The notes beneath the pieces are model-generated. The model was not told the DNA's origin and searched no databases. It was given only the letters and a program-made list of their open reading frames with translations. The translations under genes and the position numbers were made by a program. Below, piece by piece: positions 1 through 13,480 of a stretch of DNA of 64,000 nucleotides. This DNA comes from Octopus sinensis (Eukaryota): the NCBI RefSeq assembly GCF_006345805.1, contig NC_043005.1, forward strand, positions 68,200,001 through 68,264,000. Direction: 5' to 3'. How positions within the stretch are numbered: position 1 is the stretch's first letter; each line of letters begins with the position of its first letter.

Positions 1-905
1 AGTTCTTAGTAATTCAGAATCAGCCAGAAGGTTTTTTTGAAAGAAAAATAGCAGATAGAAATCTCTCTTTCTGTCTCTCTCCCTCTCGCACGCACACATG
101 CGCACTTATACACATTCACTGATACATACTCCCACTCTTGCACTGAGTTTACACCAAGGAATTATTGCTGTAAATTAGACGACAAAGTTCAATTGTCCAG
201 TAATAAACATTGATCTCCTGATTTGGTGTAAGCTATTATTTTCGTCTATCGAATTTCATGTAAAATCTATTTTGGGGATGTCGGAAAATATATTTTTCCA
301 GAAAGTAATTTTCAACTCGAGGCAAAGTTTTTTATGTTTGTATTTATATTTTAATATTTCATATTATACCAGCAGAAACAAAATATCGAATGAAATGTCG
401 GTGCAAAGACCATGGTGCCAAGATAATTAGGTTTGCAATTTACCAAAAATCTGAACGCTGCTTTTTGCCCTGAAACCTTTGAGTAGTAAATTACTACTGC
501 CGCTGTTTACGAGCTTCAACAGTTGGTTTAAATTTATGCTTAAATGCTCTACTACTACACACACACACACACACACACATACACATACACTCTGGCGAGC
601 GCTCACACACACACACAAACTCGCGCACGTGCACTCACACATTGGCCCACGTACGCATGCACATACGCAGTGGGATGGTTTTAAACTGCCAGATCATTTT
701 GGCTGGTGATCCTATAGGGAAAGTGATACATATTGAATTTTTGTGTATGATCCGAACTCGTACTTTTCGCAATTTGGCAAATGTGTTCTGACCAAAGAAA
801 TTTTTCATGCTGGATTTCATTTAGGTAGAAATGATTTCTCTCTCATCTGGTCACTGTCCACATCTGTATGTAAATGTGCGTGCCTAATATATATACAAAG
901 AGGGA

Positions 906-1500
906 GAGCGGCAAGCTGGTAGAATCGTTAGCACACCGGGCGAACTGCCTGGTGGTATTTCGTCTGCCATTACGTTCTGAGTTCAAATTCCACCGAGGTC
1001 GACTTTGGCTTTCATCCTTTTGTGGTCGATTAAATAAGTACCAGTTACACACTGGGGTCGATGTAATCGACTTAATTCCTTTGTCTGTCCTTGTTTGTCC
1101 TCTCTGTGTTTAGCCCCTTGTGGGTAGTAAAGAAATAGGTATTTCGTCTGCCGTTACGTTCTGAGTTCAAATTCCGCCAAGGTCGACTTTGCCTTTCATC
1201 CTTTCGGGGTCGATAAATAAGTACCAGTTACACACTGGGGTCGATGTAATCGACTTAATCCGTTTGTTTGTCCTTGTGTGTCCTCTCTGTGTTTAGCCCC
1301 TTGTGGGTAGTAAAGAAATAGGCATTTCGTCTGCCGTTACGTTCTGAGTTCAAATTCCGCCGAAGTCGACTTTGCCTTTCGTCCTTTCGTGGCCGATTAA
1401 ATAAGTACTAGTTACAAACTGGGGTCGATATAATCGACTTATTTCCTTTGTCTGTCCTTGTATGTCCCCTCTATGTTTAGCCCCCTGTGGGCAATACAAA
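906..1500 (+). mobile_element. tRNA-head SINE (family A) with three tandem ~183-bp body repeats
   Basis: Head ggcaagctggtagaatcgttagcac, with a B-box-like gagttcaaattcc in each body repeat. The body tttcgtctgcc...gcctttcatcctttcggggtcgataaa...gccccttgtgggtagtaaagaaata starts at ~954, ~1138 and ~1321. Confidence 0.8.
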
Positions 1501-2929
1501 GCGGGTGCATGAATGCAGGTGCTTTATGTAAGCTTCTTTGTTAAACGTGAGACCCGACAAAAACGGCTATGTTCACAGTTCGTTTCTTTTGTGGTATTCT
1601 TTTTTTTTAATAGCTTCTATTTCTTTTTTTCTTTTTCTGTGTTCCAAATAATGATTTTAAATAGTTCACAGAGACACGAATTTATAAGGGAGAGATAATT
1701 TTGACCGAACTGTTGCCGTTTTAAAGCATATCCACACTGGACCATTGTCCTGGGGCCTCACGTCCCTCACGGTTTTAGAGGCTCAATTCTGATTTATGTA
1801 TACAGTAGCTTCCTGTTAATGAATACTGTAAGGTCCAGTGCATTGTACTACCCGGGGACCTCTAATGCTGGTAAGACATCCTTGCCGTTACCTATATTTA
1901 CCTACAGGTAATAAAAGTAAAGACGACCACATTGAGATATGAAATTAGGTCTTAAAAGCAAATGTGAATTTATGTGCGTGTCTCCATGACGTCTTGGTTT
2001 TTAGAGCAGCCCACATTGTGAAGGGCAGAGGGATCCTACCACAACGAATCGTACCTATTAGAAATCAGGTTAACCCCAGGACAATTTCTTTGGTCCACCA
2101 ACCACCAGTACAAAGCAGAATCACTCTGTAGCACTTTCAGTTCTTACCTCCAGCTAAAGGCAGACTAAGAAATATAATAATGAATGTAGAAGTAGAGAGA
2201 ACAAATAAAATGAATATTGGCTTAAACTGTGAGAATGATAAACAATTTCGGAACTCCTTTAACTTTTATATGTGCATCAGCAACGAAACACTTTTCGTGT
2301 TGGCTTGGAATTAAATGTATCTGGGTAGTAATTTTATTACTGAGCAAACGAAATCAACAAAACAAGAAGTGATAATCTATTTCTTCATATTGAATCCATT
2401 CTCCAAGAAAAGTTGATTTTCCTTTTGTGTGAACTACCTAAATTTTTCTTTCAAGCGGATTTTAAAAGTTACATTAGAAATCGCGAACAATAAAAGTTAC
2501 AATGTTTCCACTGAAATATCGATCGCTCAGAAAGTACACATTGATAGCAAGATAGGAAAATGGCAAAACAAGATGAGAAGAGAGGAGAGGAGAAAAGATA
2601 TAATTAAAAAAAAAAACAACCCAAAATAGCGAAACCCCGTGGGTTCCAGCCAAAATGTGTGAAAATATCTTATGAAGTGTTGATACAAGAAACTTGGGTG
2701 AAGTTTTAGACTGGACACATCTGCTAAAAATCAACAGTACTAAGACTCCTGAGGATCAGCGAAGTTTTGCATCATAAATTTATTTGTTTAATAAAGAATT
2801 ATTGATGCTATCTCTGGGCTTTATTTTTACGCTTTCTTCAATTTTATATCACTTTTGGCCAAAAGCCCAACAACACCCCGTGGGAACACACACACACTTT
2901 CCTCTCTCGCTCTCTCTCTGTATGTATAT

Positions 2930-2974
<45 letters not shown>

Positions 2975-3034
2975 CGAGTGCGTGTGTTATGTAAGTGTGT
3001 GTGCCTGCATGTATGTAAGTAATGTAAGTATATA

Positions 3035-3720
3035 CAGGGTGAGACATTTTTTATGCCATTTGTATGAATTTAGACCTTCATCAATTTTGACATAGTGCTG
3101 GTTATGGCAGACTTGAGAGACTGTATGGTGTTATGGAAGTATTGATTGACTTCTCTTTTGACTACGTTCCCTATTTAATACTCCACTGAATTGAGGTCTG
3201 GTGAGTCAGGAGGTCCCGTTTCTGGAAGGATATGATCACGGAGATTGGCACGCCTCCATGCTTGGGTTGTCCTAACCTTATGAGACAGTGTAGAATCTGG
3301 TTGAATGAAGAATGGTCTTCCGTTGCGTACTCTGTCTATCCAACGCTTCACAACTTTCCTCAACATCTCTGTGTAGACAAGGGCATTGACTCTCAAGCCC
3401 TGTGAAAAAAAGTGAGAGGGCATGAATCTCCCTCGTTGCTGACAACTCCCAGAACCATCACAGTTGTTGGGAACTTAGTATGCTTGACTGCTGGAACCTC
3501 CATCATTTGCCGTTGCTTTGATTCACCTTTTGAACCCGATCGAAGGTTTTTTTCATCGGAGAAGTATCAAATCATTCCAGCCTCTTGGTGTTATAATTTG
3601 TTTAGTAAGCACCTTGCACGGATCAAACGATTCTCTCTCGTTACATCAGACATAAACCTACCTCGCCGCATCACAATCGATTTGTGCTAGATGTTCTCAT
3701 GCACAATTCGTATGATAATG
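3035..3720 (-). mobile_element. Tc1/mariner transposase 3' remnant
   Basis: VNA.VY.EML...V..W...V..GRPF..QPDST.SHK..TTQAW...PPDSPDLNS is a degraded QQD.AP.H...WPP.SPDLN catalytic region. A cagggtg terminus preceded by TA lies at 3035. Confidence 0.75.
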
Positions 3721-4117
3721 AATTAATGTATTGTGAAACCTTGAGATCTTTTTAATAACTCTGATTGACTTTACTGAGGTTTTAGTTGATTATTTCTTTT
3801 TCTTGTTTACAAAGTTATGTGCTCTGATGGTATCATGACCCTGTACTTGTGTTTGGGGCTTAGCTATTGATGTTGGATCCTCATCAACAGTTTCCAGCTC
3901 CTTTCGAATTATGCTGTCGAAAGATAGAGTAACTTTCAGGAAGTGAGCTATCTTTGTAACACTATGCTGTGCTTTTAAGGCAACGATTAAAGCGCGCCTT
4001 TTTGTTAGCTGAGTGTGAATAAAAGGTAAAAAAAAAAAGAAGTTAGAAGAAATAGCGCCTGAAAGAGGTGTGCTCCCAAAACTGACGCATGCTGTGTGTG
4101 TGCGCGCATGTGTATAC

Positions 4118-4153
<36 letters not shown>

Positions 4154-4781
4154 AGAGAGAGAAAGAGAAATAGATAGATAGATAGATAGATAAAGGGAAT
4201 AATTATAAATCTGGCTATCGACTCATTGGAACATCAGCGTAATATTCCAAACTCAGAAAGGAGATCCATACGACTTCGATGGATATAAATGGAAGAATTG
4301 CACAACACCAAAGTAAGATCTAAGTAGGCTTAAAATAAGCCCCGCTGAGTGAATAATAAAAATTATAATTGAAATGCAGAAAGTATAAGTCAAATTGACA
4401 TTACAATTGTTTTCGTAAACGGTCAATATTTTTTATTCCATATCTCTCATAATGGTATGTTATACAAGCCATAATATACGGAAATATGTAATAATTCTAC
4501 AGACCATTTGCTTCCTTTGATGTCATGATTTGAAGATACCATCGACGACATAAATGTTTTGAGGTGAGTTCAATTGGGTGATACGCAATATTTATATAGA
4601 CCGAACACTTATAACTTTTATTTGATATCTCCTGTAGGTTTTAAGAGAATGAATCTTAAAAGGTAAAGAAGAACGTCAAAATAAAACAGGTTGGAATTTA
4701 TCTTATAGATCAAGGCATTAACCGTAGAACGAACCTCAGCCATACGGCGTCAGTAGCAGCCAGAGAAGATTTGTAAAGAAA

Positions 4782-5260
4782 GTACCGTAAATCCTCGAGT
4801 ATAATCCGCATTTTTTCCCAAAATTTAAAGGTCAAAGTCCCTAGTGCGTACTATATACGCGGTTAAAAGTGAAAAATATTTTCTAAGCAATGTCCGAGTC
4901 TCTTATTTGCTGTCCGGCAATGTTTATTCAGACGCATTTTGTGATGTCGGGCATGAAACTACCTTAAGCTAAGCCTGAAAGCAATGAAGTCGTAAAAGAA
5001 TCATCCATAACTTGCAGTAAGCAACATTTATTAAAATAAAAGTGTTCAGAACACAGAATAACATGTAACAAAAACAATTTGCAAACATATTTATATTCCC
5101 ATATAACAGTTGAGAACATCACCATTATTGTATTACGCATACGCGGAAGTGTCTGTTCGACTAGGTGCTGCTGGCTTAATTACGCACGACTCAAGTTAGA
5201 GAAGGGGTGCGTATTATACACAAGGTTTAGGTTTTTCAGAGGTACAGCCCCCTAAAAATC
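4782..5260. mobile_element. Possible MITE/pogo-like DNA element remnant
   Basis: Imperfect inverted sub-terminal motifs (cctcgagtataatccgca vs tgcgtattatacacaagg). Confidence 0.35.
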
Positions 5261-5379
5261 AAGCAAGTGTATGAAATATATAATGTTGCCGAGAAGAGAA
5301 AAATGCGTGCGGTGTATGCACAACACACGTAAGAGTATATTCACCGGAACTGTTTATGACAAGACAAAGCTATGAAATA

Positions 5380-5750
5380 TAAATTGTCTTGGACAGTTTC
5401 TTCGGCCAACGAACCGATTAGCCATGTAGGGTGAAGAAGAATGTGTTTGCAGAGTCCGTTTGGTAGTGAGTGGGGGAGGTGCTTGTGGTAGTGGAAGTGT
5501 TTGTGAGAGTGGAAGTGTCTGTGGCGTGATAGGTGTGTCTACGAGTAGTATAAGTGCTTCAGGAAAAGCTTTCTTCACTCTGTCAATAGAGATAGTCTCT
5601 TTTTTTTACCGTTAATGTCCACGGTAAACTGTTTAGGCGTGCTCTTAAGAACACGATAGGAACCTGAGTAAGGCGGTGTGAGTGGTCGTTTGACAGAATC
5701 ATTTCGTATGAATACACGAACCCATGTGGAAATATCACATTGGGGTCACC
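5380..5750 (-). mobile_element. Gypsy-type LTR retrotransposon pol 3' remnant (GPY/F region after integrase)
   Basis: Minus translation RVFIRNDSVKRPLTPPYSGSYRVLK..PKQFTVDINGK/ETISIDRVKKAF, with a frameshift in an A-run, matches VFVR.D..R.PL.PPY.GPY.V...F....G....SIDR.K.A. Confidence 0.75.
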
Positions 5751-5814
5751 AATTATAACGAAGATGGTTAATGGGGATTATGTGTGAATTTATATATATA
5801 TGACAGCGTGTGTA

Positions 5815-6020
5815 TCGTTGGCGATTTTTTTTCCTCCGTCTTCCCTTTCTTGGATCTTTCCTTTTCCTATGTTTCTGACGAAAAGCTCTGCTCGAAACGT
5901 TAAATCCTCCTTCTTTCTTTCCTTTCCCGAGCGTCCAATAACACTATACTTGTTCTACGTCCTCGCATTGTTGTGTTTTCTCTTTGTGCTTTCATCTTTG
6001 GATTTGCGATGAAACAAACT
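5815..6020 (+). mobile_element. Interspersed repeat carrying the minimal hammerhead (probable Penelope-like terminal-repeat remnant)
   Basis: A homologous copy lies in the opposite orientation at about 8590-8770. The family assignment is inferred from the hammerhead type. Confidence 0.5.
5871..5905 (+). ncRNA. Minimal hammerhead motif of the Penelope-like element type
   Basis: gttt-CTGACGA-a-aagc-tct-gctc-GAAA-cg-tt-aaat: intact core, 3-4 bp stem I, ACGU palindromic stem III. The first stem II pair is A.C. Confidence 0.6.
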
Positions 6021-6553
6021 GGTAAGCGACGATTTATTCTTCGTTATAAAATACAATGATTGCCATACATAAAAAAAATAACATAACAGGTTACAATAGA
6101 GATGTGTGAGAGACTTCATGGTTGGGCTGGACTGTTGATCTTGTAGACAAAGTTGAGGTAATGTTGGTGGTGTGTAGAGGCGGCCGTTGGTTTGTTGGTC
6201 GTATGGTGTTCATACAGCAACGATGTAGGCAGGCGTCTTGTGGAGATGAAAGCGGAGACTGGCTGGGGTTAGATACATCTTTGTCAGAGACGAGTAGCGT
6301 GTGGCCAGTGGCGTGTGCCAAAGATGTAGAACAGTTGAGAACTGCATTCTTATAGAGAATAGTGGGCTCCCAAGAAAGATGAAAATTTTTCCGCCAAGAG
6401 AACACGTGATACATTTTAGCGCATCTAATTAGCTGACCATGTAATTTGGCGCAATTATTTTGGGGACAATTTGCGCCTAAAAGATAACCTATCAGAACAA
6501 TGGTCTTTGTAGCTAAGTGTTTTCTGCTACGTCCAGACAACGACTATAAATAA

Positions 6554-6780
6554 GGCGGCGAGCTGGCAGAATCATTAGCACGCCGGGCGAAATGCTTAGC
6601 AGTATTTCGTCTGTCGTTACGTTCTGAGTTCAAATTCCGCCGAGGTGGACTTTGCCTTTCATCCTTTCGGGGTCGATAAATAAAGTACCAGTTACGCACT
6701 GGGGTCGATGTAATCGACTTAATCCGTTTGTCTGTCCTTGTTAGTTCCCTCTATGCTTAGCCCCTTGTAGGCAATAAAGA
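6554..6780 (+). mobile_element. SINE family A copy
   Basis: Head plus one body unit, near-identical to 906-1135. Confidence 0.8.
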
Positions 6781-8448
6781 AATATATAAATCAAAGGTGA
6801 GAGATTAATTTGCTTTCTTCTATTTTGTCAATCCGTTCTGCTACATCATAAGTTCTCAAAGTAGACGCAACGCACTCCGGTGGGCGTTGAGACGGTCCAG
6901 GTGGGCACTGGTGTCTAATGGAGCGGTGGGGGTGGGGGCAGTAGAGAAAAAGGAGGCATTGGAAGGAAAGCAGTGAATTGGAGGATGCTGTGAATTTATT
7001 ATAATATCATTATAGCATTGTAAACAAATTATATATTATGTTAAATATCAAATGATTCATAGTATATGTTACGATTTAGTTTGATTTGTAACGGTTGGTT
7101 CTTAGGAAGGCTGCAATGCTCTTGTTCGAGGGTCACCAAATGTAACGGTTTTAAAATGAATTTGTAAACAATAATATATGTTGGAGTCAGTGGTTGTAAC
7201 GATCAAATGCTGTTGTTATAATTGCATGTTGTAGGATGTGTAAGATAAAAAATGAATGACGTTTTAAGGAAATGTTTATTTACCGTTACGTTACAAATAC
7301 CTTGCCTCGACTGGCAGGTTATGATAAATCCAAAAGCATGCGAAAGTTAGATGCGGTAGAATGCTTGAGTTGGGTTCTCTTCATTGTTTAGTAGTAATTG
7401 CTGAGACAGATAGAATGATGTTGTGAGGGAACAGAATTAGAGCTAGAGAGAATTGCAGGGAGTTGTCTCACAGCTTGCTTTCTCCCTCTGACCAAGGTTG
7501 GTAAGCCAGACCTCGTTGAGTCGTCATGATGTGACGAACTGATGTTTGCTTGGGATGTGCTTGCTTATATTAAGATCCAGAAGGATAGATATATCATTGA
7601 GAACAATACATTTAGTTGGTGGTCTTGTTATCTCTATTCTAGCTTTTGGTGAAGTAGAAAGGGTTAGAAAGGGTCAAGTGGTGAAGACATTATTTCAGCC
7701 TAGCTAAAGGCATCTGGAAAATGTAAAACTGCTGTCAGAGAGAAACCATTGTTCCACCGTGGGAAAAGTTCTGTTGCAGTGTTGATTTAAATTTGGCTAT
7801 GGTGGATGGAATCCACTTCATGCATGCATGATTCGCTACATATATATAAATTAGTAAAATATAGAATATCTATTTATACGTAACAATCGGGGTGGGGCGC
7901 TGAAGATATTATGAGGCCATGAGAGAGGCGGTGGACCAGGAAGTTTGAGAACCTCTGCGCTGCACAAATGTGCTAACTTGCATTTATTTGTTGTGACCTG
8001 CAAGTCACTTCCCGTTTGAGCAGTCGACTGAGCAGTTTTCTGTTTTGCTCACGTGTATATGTAAGTATTTATAAGCATATGCTTATTGCTATATAAATAT
8101 TATTTTACTATTACACCCGTTTCATGAGTAAAAGTTTACCCGGAAGGTATATATTACGTACTTATATTTATCATTCTTTATATAGCACAGGAATCTGGCA
8201 CAGCCCTCATTATCATTAGGTATCAAATCAAACCAGCTTCATCTGGTGACGGTTGATGAGGTTTGTTATTTAGGCGCAGGGTCTGCAGTTTTGAGGGGAA
8301 TAATACCTGTAGCAGTTTTACTGTAAACTGCTTGACATAAATTACCGTGTAACATATTTAAACTACAGTGTCTGTAAACTATACGAGCAGCTAGGACTAA
8401 GTATGTAATCAGCCTCACACACTGAAGGTTATAAATATAATATAATAT

Positions 8449-8481
<33 letters not shown>

Positions 8482-8516
8482 GTTCATACATACATACATA
8501 CATAAATACATACATA

Positions 8517-8550
<34 letters not shown>

Positions 8551-8683
8551 ACACACACACCACACACACACACACACATATATATATAGTTAATCCAAAC
8601 AAGAAAACACAAAAAAACACAACTCGATGACGTGGAACAAATATAGTATTATTGGACGCTCAGGAAAGAAGGGAAGAAGGAGG

Positions 8684-8718
8684 GTTTAACGTTTCGAGCG
8701 GAGCTCTTCGTCGGAAAC
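8684..8718 (-). ncRNA. Minimal hammerhead motif of the Penelope-like element type (U4C variant)
   Basis: Minus strand gttt-CCGACGA-a-gagc-tcc-gctc-GAAA-cg-tt-aaac: perfect 4-bp stems I and II, with core U4 changed to C. Confidence 0.6.
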
Positions 8719-8953
8719 ATTGGAGAAGGAAAGATCCAGAGAAGGGAAGATAGAGGAAAAAAAATCGCTAATATATATATATATACACCAGAATCCAGAA
8801 ACATGTAGTTAGCAAGCAAATTCTTACCACATAGTCACACCTGCGCCTATATGCAGCCACATGTGCGCCTATGTACAGTCACATTTGCGTGTAGACATTT
8901 ACGTCTGCGCTATATTTAGCCACGCCCGTGCCTATATATAGCCACGTCTGCAC

Positions 8954-8954
<1 letters not shown>

Positions 8955-9012
<58 letters not shown>

Positions 9013-9013
9013 G

Positions 9014-9099
<86 letters not shown>

Positions 9100-9122
9100 G
9101 TCTGTCTGTCTGTCTATATCTG

Positions 9123-9150
<28 letters not shown>
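8955..9150. repeat. (TATC)n-(TGTC)n-(CA)n-(TA)n compound microsatellite
   Basis: Direct reading. A similar tract lies at ~59995-60200. Confidence 0.95.
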
Positions 9151-9156
<6 letters not shown>

Positions 9157-9523
9157 ATTTTCAGAATAGTTGACAGTGATTAATGAATATATAATAGATT
9201 GGCAATGTTAACACTCTACATGTAAGTAACTTTAATATCTTATGCTTATCTTTCAAAGCTGAAACTTTTGTTCTAAGTGGCTATCTTTAGCAGGTCGGGA
9301 GACCGCGCAAAAAGGTTCGTGCGTGCTGTTCCTATGGGGACAAACAGTCTCTACTTGTGATATCAGGGGTGGACTCAGTGGGGGCCTGAGTATCACGTGC
9401 CCCTCCTCAAGAAAAGAAGTGAGCCCTTCTTAATAATGTTATTACACCACCAGCTGATTCTTCGGCAATTTCCGTAAAGAATTTTTATTTATTTACTTTT
9501 GTTTTCACGTCCTGTTGAAATCT

Positions 9524-9752
9524 ATTTCTTTACTACCCACAAGGGGCTAAGCACAGAGAGGACAAACAAGGACAGACAAACGGATTAAGTCGATTATATC
9601 GACCCCAGTGCGTAACTGGTACTCATTTAATCGACCCCGAAAGGATGAAAGGCAAAGTCGACCTCGGAGGAATTTGAACTCAGAACGTAACGGCAGATGA
9701 AATACGGCTAAGCACTTCGCCCGGCGTGCTAACGTTTCTGCCAGCTCGCCAC
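9524..9752 (-). mobile_element. SINE family A copy
   Basis: Reverse complement of the family A head and body. Confidence 0.8.
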
Positions 9753-10137
9753 CCTGAAACCACACATGCCTTTGAAGTCCGCGAGGGAGGTGAAACGTGA
9801 AACCCCACGCTAGCACGCGCACCTGCTAACACATACACCACCACCACCACCACCACCCATCCACCCATCCATCCATCCATCCATCCATACATACATACAT
9901 ACATACATACATAAAGCTGGACACGGTCGCACTGAAATACATACATACAATCATTGTCTTTCCTATACCCGTACATATATAAATACATATACATACATCT
10001 TTTTTTTGTATGTACATATGAAGATTTACGCGTATATATCGTTGCGCGTATATATCGATTTGTGTGAGTGCGTATATACAATATGTATTTTTGTATATAG
10101 ATATATGCATTTGTGTGAATGTATTTATGTTTGTATG

Positions 10138-10204
<67 letters not shown>

Positions 10205-10417
10205 TGGTGTGTGTGTGTGTGTGTGTTTGTGCATGTGTATGCATGTATGTGTATGTACCCTTTGTACCAGTTAGCGGCTGGGGTCCGTTTCTCACTCAGC
10301 AGCATTTTTTTTTTTTTGCTTTTCAATATACTGAAAATTGTTTACGTTTTTACGATTATATTTGTGTGCGTGTGTGTGAGAGATAGAGAGACGGGGGAGA
10401 AAGAGAGAGAAAGAAAG

Positions 10418-10454
<37 letters not shown>

Positions 10455-12371
10455 TGTGTGTGTGCGAGCGTGCTATCGTCGGTTTCATTTTGCCCCACCA
10501 TCACAGACTTCCAAGGCAAATGTCGTTTTCAACACAATATAAAAACAGTAAATAAATAAATAAAAATTCTTTACGGAAATTGCCAAACAATCAGCTGAAG
10601 ATTTTGACATTTGTGCGACTTATATCGAAGTATTGCGTATATAAGTTGTAAATATAAGCCTATATAAGCGTAAAACACTGTGAAAACTTTAACAATCTTT
10701 TATGTTATTCAGTGCTGAAGTCGAAGAGGTCTCAGTAAATATTTACACCGTCACAGATTCTTCTGCTTCTGTGAAATGTAAACAAAACATTCGAAAGGGG
10801 AAGTAACTCTATGTACTAAACCATTGCGTCTAACAAAATATATTTACGAAGTCACATTCATCTTCACTTTAATTCAAATTAAATCATTATTATACTTTCA
10901 GTTTACATTACCAAGAATGTTTTTTTTTAAATTTACATTAAAATAAGGACCGATCGTATTTCTTCTTATAGGGTTACATATTCGTCGTTTCATTCTTCAA
11001 CTATCGTCCCTCTGATGGTGACATATAATTTTATATAATCTTAAATCTGAGTTGATTGTATCTATATCAGTACATGACATGCATTATTTTATAAATCGTG
11101 GAATAGTGAAAAGCAGAGCTGACCCCGGCAGGATTTGACCCCAGAACGTAAAGGGCCATAACTGAGCACTACAAGAAATTTTGTCCGACGCTCTACCTAT
11201 TCTGTTAATCCAATGTTATTCTTTCCTTATCTCACAGTAAGTAACATTCTTATAAAATCGTACGTGTGTATCATGTACTCTTTAAAAAGTGCCATTGTTT
11301 ATTTAAAAATAAAATGCGTTAAGATGTTGATGTGTGTATATTTTTCTATATCAAATACGCATCCATATATTTGTGAGGACGGAGGACGGATGTAACCTTT
11401 ATGTAGCAGTCGATGCAAGGTTCCCTACCTTGAAACACGAACACATGCTATAAGGTCAAGTTAACTCGGAGCAGACCTGATTAAAGGCATTCCAGTTGTA
11501 AACATTTCGTCTATTTTAGGCATTGTGTTGTCACGACTACATCGTCTGATACATCGTTCCGTTTTCTAAAGACACTGGGGGGGTAACTTTTGAGGGAGGT
11601 TTAACTAATTTAGCTGTTAACTATAACAAGTCGCGCGATAACACTTGTAAAACAATAGAATCCGAGCATAAGATCTATGTTCTGCATCGGCACGGAGTAA
11701 AACAAATAATTCAGATAGTGGGATATAATGAGAAAGAAGTGAAGCTTAACGTTTTCAACAGGCACCTGCGCTGAAATGTTCTTCTTCCTCAAGGTATAAC
11801 ATTTATTCTACTGCGTACACTTTTGTGTGACTGGCGATCGAATCTGGCTGTCGGAACACTTAGTTTATCCTAACACTTTCATGCAAACAAACATCATAGT
11901 AGCTTTGTACAATTTCTATGTAGCGATGCTAACGTATTGAGGTTTTATGAATGACTACTTCATAATTATATTTTGTTTTTTTTCGTTTCCTGAAATTAAC
12001 CAGCTACATATATCTCTGTATAGATCGATGCAGGATGGGAATCCTCTCTAAACTAGTTTGATATCAGTTTGGTCGTGTGTGCCCGGTTCGTGAAGATGAT
12101 GCGAGGGCATGCCATCATAAGCAGCCTATAATTTAATACCCAAGTCTGAGCCTAAACCAGATGTTACTTATTCTTGCCAGCTAGGCAGTGTAAATTAATC
12201 TCACTAGTTATACTACGAAATTCCTTTGTGTACAACATACGAGCAAAATATTTAGTATTCCTCTCTTACCATCAACGGTGGCAAACCAATCGATGACTTG
12301 TTGGAACTGTTACTATTAAAGATTTTAGTTAGTAAATTATGATTTCAAACAATTGTAAATAAGTTTTGTTT

Positions 12372-12402
<31 letters not shown>

Positions 12403-12489
12403 AAAAGTTTCTGGTGAAAATACTGGGAAATTACCAAATGTGTCGAAAACTGTCATTTCTTTGGATGTGTATTAAATTTCGTAGATTGT

Positions 12490-12494
<5 letters not shown>

Positions 12495-12552
<58 letters not shown>
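12495..12552. repeat. (GA)n microsatellite
   Basis: Direct reading. Confidence 0.95.
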
Positions 12553-12554
<2 letters not shown>

Positions 12555-13445
12555 AGCGCTTCATAGTTCTCCAGTTTTTAATTATTTTTTGATTTTTTTC
12601 CCCCAGAATCGTGTTTGACAAACTTACACATACCTTTAAAGAATAATAATCTGAGATGTTTAAACATAAGTCTGGTAAAAATAAAGTTTAAGAAAATGAA
12701 AATTCACAGAAAAAGTGGGCAGAGCAAAATATCCCCCCCTCCACGAATCTTTTATTTATTTATTTATTTATATATTTATTATAAAATCGTAATCTAAGAT
12801 ACTTAAAATATACATATCGAAAAAAAAAAGAAGAAAAAAAGCTTTTGATGCTCCTTGATAATTTTAGACTCTATTCTATAGGAACACCCCTATTCTATTA
12901 TTTTGATGCATTACAACTTAAGAATTATCTATCTCTAGCATTCTTTCATAAGCTACAACTTAGTTTGGAGAGGATTTGAGCAAAAATGGTCTGGAACAGA
13001 AATTTGAACAAAAAGTTTCTGTTTGACTCAGTTACAAATTCTAGTTTGTTTTTTTTAATATAGAATTTCCATTTCCATTCAGTTCTGAATTTTATTGATA
13101 AATTTTTTTTCATTCTAAATTTCAAATTTTCATACCAAATTTCAAAATTCAAAAACATTTTAATTTTATCAATTTAAAAGAAAAGAAATAAACATCAATT
13201 AAAATTTTATACATTTTATCTTCAATAACATCATCCAACGATACATCAATCACTGGTAGTTAACGCGAGAGTTAACTGACAGTTATAGCTAAAAGTAAAC
13301 TATATTTCATTATAGACTGGGACTGTTACATACTTTTGTTGCTGCGCCCCAGGCACTAGCATAAACTAAAACAGAGCAGGTAGAAAGAGGTGGTACCCTT
13401 TACCCTTCATGGTGGCATTCTGGTGGGGAAGTTTCTATATAAATA

Positions 13446-13477
<32 letters not shown>

Positions 13478-13480
<3 letters not shown>

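Noticed and set aside
1830-1910. Walker A-like peptide ALYYPGTSNAGKTSL (+ strand), reminiscent of parvoviral SF3 helicases
   Set aside because: A stop follows within 10 codons, and no Walker B or motif C is found in any nearby frame. A BLASTx of 1680-2150 would settle it.
6091-6540. 149-aa minus-strand ORF
   Set aside because: No recognisable domain or splice signals. It lies between retroelement remnants and is probably their debris.
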